Positions 1-14,264 of a stretch of 64,000 nt of DNA are shown here, one piece after another. The DNA lies in assembly GCA_025786725.1 (NCBI GenBank), contig JAHLTZ010000019.1, positions 372,001-436,000 on the forward strand. The letters are read 5' to 3'. Each line of letters starts with the position of its first letter. The stretch's first letter is position 1. The stretch comes from Syncephalis fuscata S228. Taxonomy: Eukaryota > Fungi > Zoopagomycota. A model generated the notes under the pieces. That model saw nothing but the letters and a program-made list of their open reading frames with translations. It was not told the DNA's origin and did no database searches. The position numbers were made by a program, and so were the translations under genes.

Positions 1-3000
1 ATTATCGGTTCGGGTACTCATGAGAAACGTGGTCTGGGCAACGATATACCCGGTATGCGTCTACGTGAACTGGCCGAAAGTGAAGAGCCTGAACATCAAC
101 TAGCCTGGCATAGAAACTTTGTCGAATTAGTAGATGCCTGTTTTGAGCGATGTCCAATTACCGTGGCCCTTTGTCGAAATACAGCTTGTGCTCGATTAAT
201 GCAAATGCAGCCACTTGTTATTGCCACTACCGATATGTTTACATCAGCGCCTGGTACACCGATGAGTGCCACACTTCCTGGCAACTCATCAGCAGGTGGC
301 ATGGGCCATGGTAGCCACGGCGGCAGCCTAGGTGGCAGTATGGGCCATAACGGTACAACTGGTGGTGGTCTATTGATGGTTGGGTCCACTGGTAATATCA
401 ATGTCATGGGCAGTAGTAGCCATCACGGACATGGTACGGGTGGTGCCAATCATGGTGGCAGCGGCCATAATAGTACTGGTAATCATGGCGGGCATACTGG
501 CCATTCTAACAATCATAGTAGCCATCATCATAGTAAATCTAGATCGGCTATTGTTACACACCATTTCCTTAATCAATGGTCACTTTATTTACGATTTGCC
601 TGTGCTACTATGACGGTAACTGTGGATGTCATGCCACCACCATTACCGTCTACACCTACTTCTATTCTATCGACACCCAATCTATATTCACCATTAATGT
701 CACCGGCCTCAGTTAAAGTAATGGGTGGTCGACAGCGATCCGGTTCATCCACGTCTATTCTGTCACCGGCTTTAAATGCCGTTAATGCCGTGAGTGGTGG
801 TGGTGGTGGCCATGCGTCACGTAAACATTATCCAAGTAGTGGTCCAGAGATTAGTACAGCGCGTGATTTATTCCGATCTGTACTACCATTTGTTATATGC
901 GATTATTTACCTATACGTGAAGCAGTAGTGGAGGCATTAGGCCATGTAAATCGTAATGTGTTTACGCAGTTACTCGATGATGTACAGCCATTTGTACGAG
1001 CAGTATTAGATGATCCCAGTTCCAATGTAACAACATCAAGACGTGATCATACAAACGTTACCACTACTACTAATGGATCAGCACCTATTGCCGGTATGCC
1101 TTATAGTAAAGCATTACATAAACACACAGCGCTATCCATGACCGAGAATGGTATCGCCAATGCTACATCCACTACAACACAAAGTGGCAATGTCATGAGT
1201 CCACGCGGACTTACACCAGTACTTACTCGATCATTTGGAACACAGAATGTAGTGAATCCACATTCAACACATCCACATGGTAACTCATCATCATCATCGA
1301 TGTCATCCTCGTCGATGTCGTCATCGTCTAATGCAGCGACTAGACGTAAACGGCCCATTGATCGACTACGTATTGATATTACGCGTATTTATCATATGAT
1401 GTCGCGCTTTCTACGTTATGATGAATACCTTACCCATGCCAATGTGGTACCTAGATTGGCCCATTGGTTAAAAGAGACCCTTCACTTTTTAGGTGATGCT
1501 GAAGTACAGCTGGATTGGGACTTTCAAGAATTACGCCGTCATTTTGCCGGTCTAGTTGAAAATATGTGCTGGCATTTGCCACGACAAGCCAATGCCGCTC
1601 GTATGATTCCCTTTGAAATGCGACTTGGTCTTTATCAAACACTAGAGGAATGGTGTGGACATGGTCGACATCGTGAATTAACGCGTCGACGCGAATTGGC
1701 TATGATGGAGTCAGTGCTAAGTCGATGCAAGAATATCAATGATCAGGGTCATATGACGAAGATATTTGGTGAACAGCGACGATCTATAGAAGTGGCGGCA
1801 TTACGCGCGATGGCTGCTTGTTGTCGTGGTCCATTGTCGATTGATATTGGTTATAATCAACAGCAACCCGTTATAGTTGCCTTTCCATTAAATGCTATCC
1901 ATGAATGGATTGAATCGGTATTTACGCGGCCCGATAGACGATTACATTCAGTGGCCAGATCAGCGCTTGAATCGCTACTTACCTTTAATGCCGATACACC
2001 TGAGATATTCGATACAATGATTGATCGTTGTTACTGTGTATCCGATCCGGATGTAAATACCCAAGGCTACTTTTTAGCATTAGTGGACATTCTAACACTG
2101 GCCCGTAGCTATCCTTGTGAAGTACATGTTATTCTGTCATTAGCATTATTTAAAGCGGCCGATCCTGATCGATCCATACGACACGGGGCAGTGAAATTGT
2201 TACGCATGCTTGAAGAACGATTTTTACTTGATGCATCGACAAACGAATTTGATGTAGCACTTAATAGTACATTGACGACGGTGTATAAACAGGCCCAATA
2301 TGCCATGTCAGCTCGATTAGCCCAACGCCATCCTGATATCACTTATGAAGTGTTAAGTGAAACGATGATTCGACTAGAATCCGTATCCAATAGAGAAGCA
2401 CAGCGTGAAATATTTGTTAGCTTATTACCATGGCTAGCCAATGTTCAACTGGTTATGGAAACAGATGATGTATCACTCGTGGATGTCAGCTCGCATATTG
2501 TACTTAATAATCTATTCTATTTAACGGTGAAGTTTGGCGATGTATTCCATAGTGAATTACAAAGGGCTTGGGAACAATTAGTGGCCGGTGAACGTGTCTA
2601 TAATGCCCGAGTCATTGTCGTCTATTTATTACACGTTGGTTTAGAAAAGCGTAATCCAAGTTTTATTACTTATGCCAAACGAACGATAGTCTATTTGGGC
2701 AGAACAGCTGCACTTGAAATGACGGTGGATGCACTCGTTGATGAAATAACGCCACGCGGACTAGTGCCAGAAAAGAAGATGGATATTCGACAATATGATA
2801 AAGTGCCACGCGTACGTATGGCCGACATTGATCATGTATTAGGTGCCTACCCGAAACGACCTGAATTTTCTCGTGGCCAATTGGCCACTGTATTATTGGT
2901 GGATTTAGCCGTTGAAGCAGGTCCTAGTCTCTTGCCACACCTATCAATTCTATTACATGCTTGTGCTGTTCAATTTGACCATAATATTATTATGATTGCC

Positions 3001-6000
3001 GAACAAGTACGTCTATTACTCGGCCATTTAATATGCTCCATCTTTTTTGGTCGTCCCTCAGGTCCACCTCACGTATTAAATGCTACTAATAATACTGGCA
3101 GCAATAGTGGTGCAGGACATCTACATCATCTAAACAGTCATGAGCCATTAACTAATTCGAATGAAGTATTGAAGTTGATCTATCAAGTCATTGATTTATT
3201 AGGCATTGATTTGGGATTAACATCGTCGCCATCTTCAAATTCAACCACGACAACCATGGCCACTATGACGACAAATACACACGTGAATCGAATGATCAAA
3301 AAAACACGTATACGTAATGCAAGTATGACTGAACCAATGGTGAGCCGTCTAGTACAACTATTTTCTTATGAAGATCCGGAAATTGGTCAACGATGGGGTG
3401 AAATGGCACTACATTGGGGTACTCAATGTCCATTACGTAAAGCAGCCTGTAATTCATTTAGAGTATTTCGTATGTTGGCACCACACTTTAATGAAGCGAT
3501 GTTGGCAGAGATTCTACGTCGTCTATCCAATACTGTATCGGATAATTCAGAAGAGATACAAGAATTCTCATTAGAAATATTGATTACGCTTAAATCGATG
3601 TTGGAGCCACTTACGGTAGAACATATACTCGCCTTTCCCGAAGCATTTTGGGCCTCTGTTGCTATTCTTTATACGGGTAATCGGGCTGAATATGCCATGG
3701 GGCTTGAGATGCTTGGTCCTATGCTAGAGCGTATACAATTCGACGATGCTGAAGCACAAACTATTCTATCTGAAAGCTTTCCCGCTGGTTGGCATGCTGA
3801 ATTCGACGGTCTATTACCACTGCTCGCTAAAGGTCTGCGTAGTCAAGAAACAGAACCACGCTGTTTACGTATGATGAATCGGTTAATCGGTATAGATGGC
3901 GATGCACTTATTGATTCATCAGAAAGTCGATATCTATTTATGATACTGGCTAATCTGCCATGGTTTGCTCGAACTGTTGCCGAAAAGAATTACGATGATC
4001 GAGTAACTAAAGTGGCAACTGATTTGGCTCTGGTGGCTGAGCAGTTGAATCATGATGCATTACATCGTACATTGGATTCATTAGCCCGTTGTCGATTTAG
4101 ACCAAAGGATGACTTTGTACGCCAATTATACTTGGCATTACGTGATGTTTACTTCCCTCGTTATGAATGGCACGCCTTGACCTTTATGGCCGAATTACTC
4201 GCTAATCAAACGCCGTGGTATAAACGATCTGTATTACAAGTATTACGTACTTTCCTTACCTTTATTGATCTACGTCGAGGCGATGGACAGGATGAACCAT
4301 CGGGTACAGAGATTGTTATTGCGCCATTACTTCGATTGTTACCAACTGAGTATGCGGATGATGCACTTGAAGTACTTGAAGTGGCAATGCAAGCTTGTAC
4401 ACCAGTATCAAGTTTGGCTGCTTCACCTACAGCTCAGTCACCTAGTGCAGCCTCGGTGTCCTCTTCTTCATCCTCGTCTATCATGCTTAATGGACAAGTA
4501 TCGGCGCAGCCACATGGCGGTGTCCATCCTAACTTCTCCGTAGAAAGTATGACACGGGCTCATGTTATTACGGCGATTGCCCAACGTGAATTTGAAACTG
4601 TACCATCGATCTTTAGGGCCAATAATCAGCATAGTCATGGCCCATTGTTTGTGGCTGATTTTGCCGGCTGTTTACACGCTACACGGCAAAATGTCACAGC
4701 TGTTCTACAAGCCTGTGCTGATACAGTCGGCATGCCATATGAAGATGCCCCTATGGTCTATCTATCCTATGACAATCAATCTGTATTTGATTTTGCGGGT
4801 GCAGCAGCGGCAGTAGCAGCAGTAGCCGCGGTCAATAACCATAATGGATCACAAGTATCACTCGGTGGTGGTGGTCAACACCACAGAGGGGCCACTACTA
4901 ATAATGCCAATAGTACAAGTACAAGCGGTAATTGGGCCAATGTAGCAGTAATGCAAGAATTACTCGAAGAAGATACTACTGAATTGGCTAATGAAGGACC
5001 TGTACATTATACAACTGAAGATAATAAGGCCGATGATGTAGATATTGATTACCATCGTCATTATGAAGGACATGAAGATGAAGAGGATTTAGATAATGAC
5101 GATCGTTCATTAGAAGATATCCTTAATAAGCTGGAAGATTTAGATGCTTATTTCGGTATTGATGAAGAAGATCAAGTACATGTACCACTAGATACAGAAG
5201 ATATACTATCAGATCCATTACCACCTGTTGTTAATAGTAATCTACATTTAAATGCACTACAACATGACGATGATATAGACGACGATGATATAGATGATGA
5301 TGATATAGATGATGATATATCCGATGTATTAATCACTAATGGATCTATGGATTATAATATGAATAATCTATCCACAGAATTAGTCTTTAATTCAAATAAA
5401 CAAACAGTGGAAAAGGAACAACAACAACAACAACAACAACAAGAATCAATTGAAAATGACAATTCAGTTGGTTTGAATCCATTACCACATGGACAGGCCC
5501 AACCATTAACTATATCAGCCTCGTCATTATCCTCTTCATTACCTTCATCCTCTTCATTACCATCGTCTTCACCGTCATCAGCCGCTTCTCCTCCAAGTAA
5601 TATGCGACATCCAATTGCAATGACAATGAGTGCACCAAGTAATCAACGAATGATGATGGACACCGACAAGACATCGACATCGACATGGGCTAAATCACGG
5701 CCCTTATCACGTACCGATAGTTTATCGCATGATTCACGTAGTAGTGTTGGTAGTTACAGTGCTATTGAACATCGCACCAATGAGAATTTTCGATTCCCTG
5801 CTTTACCATTAGTGACGGAAAAGAATCGATCTAGTCTACTAAATGAACAGATTAATTATGCAGATATTAGAGAAGAGGAAATGGTCACCTATCCATCTAA
5901 CCAATTAACGGAATCAGTAGATCATAAAATGGATCTATTAAGTGAAACAGATGAGATGATGATGATTTAGAACGAGAAATGGTACTCGCTCAATCTACAA

Positions 6001-6263
6001 CATCAACCATACCAGATAGTATTATTAGTAATAATGTTACTGATCATGGTGATGAACTAGTATTATCAGATTCAGAATCAGCTCTATTTCACTTTAGTGA
6101 TACGGCGTCCATTCTATCAACGGAGAGTTCAATGACCCTAGCTACTGGTCATATTGCCGTTGCTTCACGACAAGATCGTAGTCCACATCGACGACAAACC
6201 ACAAAGACATCATCTGATCAGCAGATACTTCAGATTAATTGTGTTTCTTTTCTTATCTATTAA
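1..6263 (+). CDS. TAO3: Furry/Tao3/Mor2 cell morphogenesis (RAM/MOR network) scaffold, C-terminal part; 5' end outside the window
   Basis: Frame is open from base 1 to 5970 (>1970 aa, no introns). Helical-repeat protein with family-like segments (RWGEMALHWGTQCPLRKAACNSFRVFR; LRRLSNTVSDNSEEIQEFSLEILITL). A 1-nt deletion in the GAT repeat near 5955 would join ORF 5979-6263 as the true C-terminus. Confidence 0.88.
5418..5442 (+). repeat. (CAA)n coding microsatellite (poly-Gln); DDDI-encoding repeat nearby at about 5265-5320
   Basis: Read directly from sequence. Confidence 0.9.
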
Positions 6264-6296
6264 GTTTAATAAAATTTATTATTGTGAATTATTATT

Positions 6297-6796
6297 TCAC
6301 TTTTTTACTTGATGATTTGTTAGCATGAGTGGTGGTGATAGATGAGGTGAGTGGGGTGTTGTTACTGTACTTTCTGTATTAGACAGTAATGTAGATGCAT
6401 CAGCTTGGGCATCTTCTTCACGTAGTAACACATATTCACGTGTACTACATCCAAATCGGATGGTATCTTTGGGTCGTAATTCATAATAGCGTGATGCAGG
6501 AATACGTTCATCATTAACAAACGTGCCATTAGTTGAATCAAGATCAATAATAAATGGTCTATTATTATTATTAAGTATAGCTTATTATTATTATTGTTAT
6601 TATTATAATGATGCTTACTTGACACAGCGCTTTGGTTCAACGTTCGTTTGACCTACTGGTGTTTGTTCGGTCATGAGTCGGTATTGAAGTACGGCATGTT
6701 GTTTTGAACATGAAGGATGGTCCATAGGAATATCAGCCACCTATTAGAATAAAGTATTATCTTTTAGTTAATACTAGATAGCGAATATCGATATTA

Positions 6797-6830
<34 letters not shown>

Positions 6831-7478
6831 GAACGTACCCGGCGATCTTTGCCAAGTAAATAGGCACTTTGTCGATGAATATGCAACATATCAATATGTT
6901 CATCCTTTTTAAATACATAAAGACGCCAACGGGCAGTTGGTTTACGTGCCTCCGTTGGTTCGTTGTACTTGACGGCCACGCCGTTATGCGATGTTGTTTC
7001 AGCGGCTAATTTGCCCGACAAACCATAATTGGGTTTATCTAGTTTGGTTGGTGTACTGCCACCATCATTGGCATCGTTTAATGGTTGTGTATCCTCATCA
7101 TTGATGCTAGTAACTGGAACAGCGGTAGTAGTAGTAGCGGATACTGATGATGATGTATCGTTGTTTTTTGTTGTATCAGGTGAACGTGACCGACCACGAC
7201 CACGACGAGAACGGTCGCGATTGGTAGTAGTAGTAGTAGTAGTAGTAGTTGTTGTTGTATCACGCGATTTGTCGTCGCTATGTCTACTACTACGAGATGT
7301 ACTTGACGGCGACCTATAATAAATAGTAAATAGTAAATATATACACGGAAATGTATTGTATTAATATATTGTAAAAGACCGACAGTTAATACTGTTCAAT
7401 AGGTAATAAAAGACTCAATTACCTTGACTGTCGACGTTCCGATAATCGAGTTGTTCTTTCGTCGCGACGAGAAGACAT
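6297..7478 (-). CDS. SNIP1: FHA-domain RES complex splicing factor SNIP1/Pml1 (4 exons)
   Basis: RS-rich N-terminus, then PNYGLSGKLAAET..KYNEPTEARKP..WRLYVFK..HRQSAYLLG..DHPSCSKQHAVLQYR..PFIIDLDSTNGTFVN..YYEL after removing GT-AG introns. ATG 7478, TGA 6297-6299. Confidence 0.93.
6797..6830. repeat. (TATC)n/(GATA)n microsatellite in a SNIP1 intron
   Basis: Read directly from sequence. Confidence 0.9.
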
Positions 7479-7983
7479 ACTGTTTTGATACGAGTCTTTG
7501 TTGTTGGTAAATAAAGGTGTTGAAATTGGTTGGTTAGTTATAGATTCAGTTAAGGAAACAAAGTGACTAACAAAACAATTGAATACTAACTATTGGTAAC
7601 AGTGGTGGTTTGTAATAATACCAATAATAACAACAGCAATAGTCAATGTTATAATAGCAAGTGACTAGTGTGTGTACAGTAATAGAGTTAAAGAGTAGAA
7701 AGGACCAGTATCATAGATAGTTATTTATTTATTGGTGTGTTTGTAGTAATAGAGTTGTTTAAATACCAAGTTACTATTGCTTTCTACATGTTAGACCAAT
7801 ACTGTATACAATAAGAGTCATTAATTGCCATAGTATGTTCATTGGTATAGATAATACACATACACATTAATCAATAGTGAGTGGGTGAGTGGGTGAATAA
7901 GTGTTTGTGTGGTAGAATACTTCTATTGGTTAAAACTGTCAAAAATAAGTGATGGCTCTAGAGACGGGTCAACTGTGTATCGG

Positions 7984-8384
7984 CCTCTTTCCTTGCCAGT
8001 ATTCCACAGCACAGAGGACGACTACTTAGGTGTGTATCGATGGATTAAAGATAGATACGCGATGGATGAATAGACGGGTAGACGATATATAACAAAGAGC
8101 AATACATAGTTGCATAGATACATGAATGAATAGATGGATGGATGGATGGATGGATAGATAGATAGATGAATGGATGAATAGATGGAAACAGAAAAATGGC
8201 CGTCTAGAATATATTCTATAATAGTATAGTTTATTTGTTATATCGTGGTTGAACCGTCGTGTTAATTAATAGAATATGTTTATAGAGAAAATACTATTAG
8301 TATTGGATTGTATATAAATTAGAATTCTATTACAAATAGAAATAATTGTTCAGTATATATTAATAATAGTATGTTTGTTATTAG
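7984..8384 (+). promoter_or_regulatory. RPL32 pyrimidine-rich (TCT/TOP-like) start, non-coding exon and 355-nt 5'-UTR intron (8030-8384) with a (GGAT/AGAT)n array
   Basis: CCTCTTTCCTT at 7984; AG|GTGTGT donor at 8030; TTAG acceptor at 8384, 15 nt before the ATG; array at about 8133-8185. Confidence 0.65.
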
Positions 8385-8399
8385 GTCGCTGCTGTTAAA

Positions 8400-8952
8400 A
8401 TGACCACCGTCACTTCTTTGAATCGCACGCCCATCGTGAAGAAGCGCACTAAGCGTTTCGCCCGCCACCAGTCGGACCGGTTCCTCCGTGTCGATGTAAG
8501 TACAGTTTATTTGTATAATGACTCGCGTATATCTATATTATATGTATCTATATATATAGATATGCGTGTAGCATTCTACTACTACTTTTACTGACCATGA
8601 CCATGATAACACCACCATGGTGATTAATGGCTTTATATTATAGGCCAGCTGGAGGAAACCAAAGGGTATTGACAACCGTGTCCGTCGTCGCTTCAAGGGC
8701 CAGATTGCTATGCCCAACATTGGCTATGGCTCCAACAAGAAGACCCGCCACCTTATGCCAAGTGGCTTCAAGAAGTTCCTCGTTTCCAACGTTAAGGAGC
8801 TCGAGATGCTTATGATGCAAAACCGCACCTATGCTGCCGAGATTGCTCACAACGTATCGTCTCGCAAGCGCATCCAGATCGTCGAACGTGCCGCTCAACT
8901 TAACATCAAGGTCACCAACGGCAAGGCACGCGTCCGCACCGAGGAGAACTAG
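8400..8952 (+). CDS. RPL32: 60S ribosomal protein eL32 (2 coding exons)
   Basis: [21 protein letters not shown]|[53 protein letters not shown]; intron at about 8496-8644. Confidence 0.98.
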
Positions 8953-9754
8953 AGAGCGTGTATTTGTGTGTGCGTATGTAATGTGGTCGCTCGGGCTATC
9001 TATATCTATATATACACATACTTTCACCTTTTGTTTCTTTGGCAACACGATGAATTAACTAGCTAAACGATGGTCTTCTATTATAATAACTAGTCGGTGT
9101 TTGCTATAAGCATTAAGACGATCTATATTATTATTATTATTATTGATTAATGTGTTAATATGTGTGTCTATATTATATGATTTAACTAATGATGACTGGT
9201 TTAGTGTTATTACAAATAGGATGGTAATTGTAAAAGGGAATTTAAAGACATTAATGGCTACAAATTGGCATTTGATTATTGTTATAATTACTTAATTGGT
9301 CGTGGGTTATTAAATAATAATTTTAGATAGTAATAGTTATTTAGAATTATCTACTATAATTATTAATATGAAACGAATCAAGAGATATTGAATATAATGA
9401 ACTGTATTATGTTATTGTAATATGTTAATATTTACAAGGATGTTTATATCATATTTTTATAATTAATGAATAGTTGTAAGATGTTTTATAATTTTTATAC
9501 ATTAAACAATATACATTATATATATATCTGATCACTATCAATACATTCTATATAATGACGCTTGCTAGTTAATTACTTGTCCATTCTTTATCATTAAACT
9601 ATATTAACATTAACCAACATGACACTATTGTTGTACAAGTAGTTTAATAAATATATAAACCATTTAATATAGTAATATCCGCAAATAAGCGCTATCTTTA
9701 TTTAGTTATAAAGACTATATATATCTATATATATATATATACGCATTATAATTG

Positions 9755-11093
9755 TTAACGAGAATACATATGCATCGACTGGGACTGAGTGACAGTAGTT
9801 TGTCTAGAGCCATCAGGTCCTTCGACTATAGTCGTTTCCGTTCCCTATATTAAATCAGTAATAGATAGTAAATATCAATTTAGTTACTACGGTTGATATC
9901 AGTATCACTAATACTACTTACATCTGATTTAAACGTTGTAGTTACTGTTGTACGTTGTCCATTAATGATTTGTGTTGATTGACGAGTAGATACTACTGTG
10001 GGATGCCCATTACTTGATGCGTATCCATGATCATCATCAGAGAAGGTAATTCGTGTTACAGATTGATTTGAATTACTCGGCGTAAGTTGAGTTTGTTGTC
10101 GATGACTACGTGATCTTTGTGGAAGTTGATGTTGATGATAATGATGTTCATGTTGATGATGATGATGGTGTTGTTGTTGATGATGATGATGCAATTGACG
10201 ATGAGAAGAATGTAAAGCTGAAGACATTTGAAAAAATGGATCTTGATTAAATATAGATGTATCATGAACACTATGAAATGGAGAGTCTGCAAAGCCAAAT
10301 GGAGAACCGAATGAAGAACCAAAAAAGCCATGCATAGGATGATGCATCGATTGTGTTGTATGACTTTGTCTATTTCTACCACCGCCACTACTGCTGTGGA
10401 AAGACGAGTGTTGGAATGGTGAACCTAGTTAATAATAATGAATTAATATTTGGTGTATAAATAATAATACAAGATATATAACTTACCAGATTGTTGAAAG
10501 AATTGTGCCATCCACGGATCATTGGCAAAAAATTCACGAAAGATGTCAAATGGTGAATGATGCTATCATAGTAAAATTAATGATTAATAAGCTATATTTA
10601 ATATAATATCATTATTAATATCTACCTCAAAGTGTTCATAATGATATCCGCGTTCATCTAATATTAATATTAATATTAGTAACAATGTCTAGTTGATATT
10701 GTATGTATTTAATTATATTTTACCTTGAACTGGTACTTCTCCCTTCAAACCAGCCTCTCCATATTGATCATAAATAGTACGTTTACTTTCTATTACATAA
10801 ATAAATTGACATATATATACAATTGATAGAGTATAGTGTAGTATAGTATAGTGTAAATGATTTATTAGTTGTAATCTAGACAACTGCAATAGCTTACCGT
10901 CATGTAGCACTTCATAAGCCTCAGCAACTTCGCGAAATCGCTCGGTAGCTTCAGTCTTTGATTCTTCAGGGTGCTTGTCGGGATGCCATCGCAAACTTAA
11001 TTGTCGAAAGGCTTTCCGTATATCTTCTTTAGAGGCTGTAGGTGTCAATTCCAGTACAGCATACAGCCGTGTATGTTGTGTGCGTTGTTCCAT
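9755..11093 (-). CDS. DnaJ/Hsp40 class B co-chaperone (DNAJB6-like), multi-exon
   Basis: J domain with HPD ([35 protein letters not shown]), [12 protein letters not shown]-rich region and a Thr-rich C-terminus ([13 protein letters not shown]). Confidence 0.9.
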
Positions 11094-11390
11094 ATTATAT
11101 AGGAATGTGATGAGAAAACAAAGCTTTCAATACTAGTGTTATCAGGTTAGTTGAAGCATACAAGAGTAGGAAAGGTGTAGAGAAGAGGAAAGAACAGTAA
11201 AGAAGAACAATGTATGTCATGCGGGTGTGAATACATGTGGAAAAGACAGGGACAATTTGAAGTTTACCAATCATGATAATGATAGGGATTCATAACACGT
11301 CAATGATTTAGTTTTAATAACAAATAAAATGTATTAATATGTAAATGTAGCTAGGATAGATAGTGTAATCGCTGTTTATTATGGTCAAAA

Positions 11391-13135
11391 CTAAGAGAAA
11401 TTAAACCCACCACCACTACCACTGCCAGTGTTGTTGCTATTGCTACTGTTGGGTACTGGGCGTGCATGTCGGTACAAAAGATAGAATAGTTCTACAAATT
11501 CAGGATCATGCTATCGATAGGGCATTTTTATTAGTAAAAGTTGATCATTAATATAACATTTGCTTACCTGTACGGCATGTAAAACCGTTTGTACAAAAAG
11601 TGGTTGCGACTGAGAAGGCGCAAACCGAGAGAATAGCCGGTTAAGAGCACGATCTGCTGCCGTATCGGCATGTGGTGGCAAAGCCATTGGAGGCGCATTA
11701 CTAGGATGTAACTGATTCGTATGTGGTAATTGCTGTGGCTGTTGTGGCTGTTGTTGATAATAAGCTGGATTATTGCTAGTATTCGAATGATGACTACTAT
11801 TGTGGCTATTGGAGGGTGGTTGTAATACGGCCAATAAATCCTTTTCACGCTGTGGCTGATGTTGTAGTGGTTGTTGATTAGAATAATAAGGAATAGGTGG
11901 TGGACCATGTGTTGCTGCTGGATGTCCGCTCGTAAGTAGTGCTAATAAAGATGCGGCATGGCCTCGTTGTTCTTCCGGCGCATAATGTTCAAATGCTGTA
12001 GAAATAGGTGCTGGTGGAGGAGGCAATGTCATTTGCATACCATGATTATGCTGATGATTATCTGTAGGTCGATGGGCTGTAGGTAACAGTTGTGATCGTG
12101 TTCTTAATAACTCATCAATTGGATTTGATGCTGTATCAAATTGATTGGTGACATGTGTTGCAGACATTCCTGGTGACTGTGTAGTAACTGTAGTAGATTG
12201 AAATGTATTCAAGCTGGCTTGTCTAAACATCTCTAATAAATCTGCTGTATTTTTATTTGTGTTATTACTGCTGTTATTGTTACTATTATATTACTATGAT
12301 CATTCTTGGTATTATTATGATTATGGCTGTTATTGCTATTAGTCCTAGTTATGTGAACAGAAGTAGATGACGGGTTTGTGTTGTTATGTAGTGAAGCTGA
12401 ATGATGTATACCCATATTCATTTCTACAGTAATTGTTTTTAGTCTAATAACAGTTAGTATGTAATAATACAGACTATTTAGCTTACTGATTCAACTTCTG
12501 CCAGATACGTTCACGATCCGTTGGGTCATAGATCCATAGACCATAGATGGGTGCCGCGCCTCCATGTTGACTATCTGCTAGCCCATATAAATATATAGCA
12601 GTTGCACTGTATTTTATCAATTCCTACCCGATCGGTACATTATATACTCGTCCGTCTGGTGCAGTACAAGGTGCGGTTCCAAATAAGCCAGTGCATTGTC
12701 AAGTCCCAATCGATTAAGAATAAAAAAGCCAAATGATGGTGTATTTTCACTAATACATACTTTTGATTAGTCCAACGGTTATAGCCGTATACTGACCAAG
12801 TAGAAAGATACTTGTATTAGTTAATAGACTACCTTTCAAATATAAACATGGCACCTTCTACGTTCTTTTTGGTCTATAGTATTGGCAATTATTAGTATTG
12901 GCGTGTCAATGACAGAATGGCCACCACTGCTACCTACCCATTCTCTTGTTTCTGGTTCAAATTCATATAGCACGGCATGGCTAGCTGAATCGACAATATA
13001 TTTGACCGAAGGAATGTGTCGTTTCAACACGGAGAGATTCACAGCCGTCCTCACGCTGGCCACGTTCGAAGGAGGCGGCGGAGGCAGCGCGGGTGTCGGC
13101 GGCGTGGGATGGTGCGATTGAGCTAAAAGAGACAT
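11391..13135 (-). CDS. DCP1: mRNA decapping activator DCP1 (EVH1 domain, long linker, C-terminal trimerisation-like helix); apparent 1-nt deletion near 12288
   Basis: VNLSVLKRH..IVDSASHAVLYEF..W|TKKNVEGAMFIF..FGFFILNRLGLDN..IYGLWIYDPTDRERI; C-terminus FVQTVLHAVQ|HDPEFVELFYLLY. Confidence 0.9.
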
Positions 13136-13375
13136 TGGAGGCTGATGTACGCGTCAATGAACGACAAGTGCAGAGTTGGATGGCGTAGAACACGTACTTG
13201 AACAAGAGATGAGAGAGCAATACGCTTACCACGACGGTGGCTGCTATGTGTATTATAATAAATAAATGATTTGATCACGAGCAATTTATTAGTGCTATAA
13301 TTACTTAACGCCTACTAAACATGTGATTTACGCCTAGCATTCTTTCTAAATTTTTATTTCTATCTTTTGTGCATT

Positions 13376-14264
13376 ATGAATCCGCTTAACCACCACCACA
13401 ACGACGACCACGACGACTTTCATCGCGATGAACACTTAGCGTTGAGCGACCAGGCGACATTGCCCAACAGAGAATTGTCTGCTTCGCTGCGGAATGTTAC
13501 ATTGTCGGAGGTAACAGAAGACGCCGACCTTTTGGCAATTGATACGAGCTCTTTAATTAACATGGAGAACTTATACAATGGATTAGCTTTACAACATACG
13601 GCAAGTGCATCATCGATACTGGATGAAGAGGATGAAGAGGATGAAGAGGATGAAGACGTGGGCAGGTCTACTAAAAAGCGATCGACAAATTGGAAGAAAC
13701 TGCAAAGTATTCATAGTGATATAGATACAGTAAGGCTACTTGTTGAAAGTAGCGATAGTACAGGACATTCAGACCACGAACAAATGGATTCGGGCTCGTC
13801 TAATGAGCTTGATGAAAATACACCGTTGATGGCAAATAAGAACAATCGTACCCGAAGCCGTAGTACATCTCGTCATTTATCGGCCTCGGCCGCGGTAGCA
13901 GCACTTGCTGGTGTGATTGTTCGAAGTGAGATGATGCAGCAAAACGAGTCGGAGGGGACGCTTAGTGGAGATGCCCTGCCTAATGCAACAATGTATATGA
14001 CTATTGATCCGGAGGCACCGGATGTAGCCTATACGCTAACTAGAGCTGACGGCAGTGGATACTGTCGACTAGGCGGTAACCATAGCTGGAAGACGGCTTA
14101 TCCAGGTAGATGCTGGGCGCTAGGTAAGTTGGATAGCACAATTAGCATACAGGCATTATTAATAGTATTGTTTAGCTATTGGCTGTTTTCCTTGTGGACT
14201 GTTATGCTGTCTAAGTAGCCGATACAGACGATGTGATCGCTGTGGTACCATTATTATGACATAG
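13376..14264 (+). CDS. BRI3/LITAF-like Cys-rich membrane-anchored protein with acidic disordered N-terminus (2 exons)
   Basis: Removing the GTAAGT..TTTAG intron (about 14124-14176) gives the C-terminus [50 protein letters not shown], matching the BRI3 pattern (LAIxxFPxGxxCC..RRCxxCG). Acidic dileucine-like signal DENTPLM. Confidence 0.75.

Noticed and set aside
5968-5980. Stop-codon readthrough or selenocysteine recoding at the TAO3 end
   Set aside because: The downstream ORF is in a different frame and the stop is TAG; a 1-nt loss in the GAT repeat explains it.
8638-9048. Antisense and alternate-frame ORFs over RPL32, and similar ones over RPS16, RPL13, TAO3 and VPS13
   Set aside because: Explained by the overlapping conserved genes and their codon bias or low complexity.
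12800-12815. GTATCTTT (U11/USSE-like) inside a DCP1 intron
   Set aside because: Single copy; the branch point is U2-type (CTAAT) and there is no U12 branch motif; likely chance.
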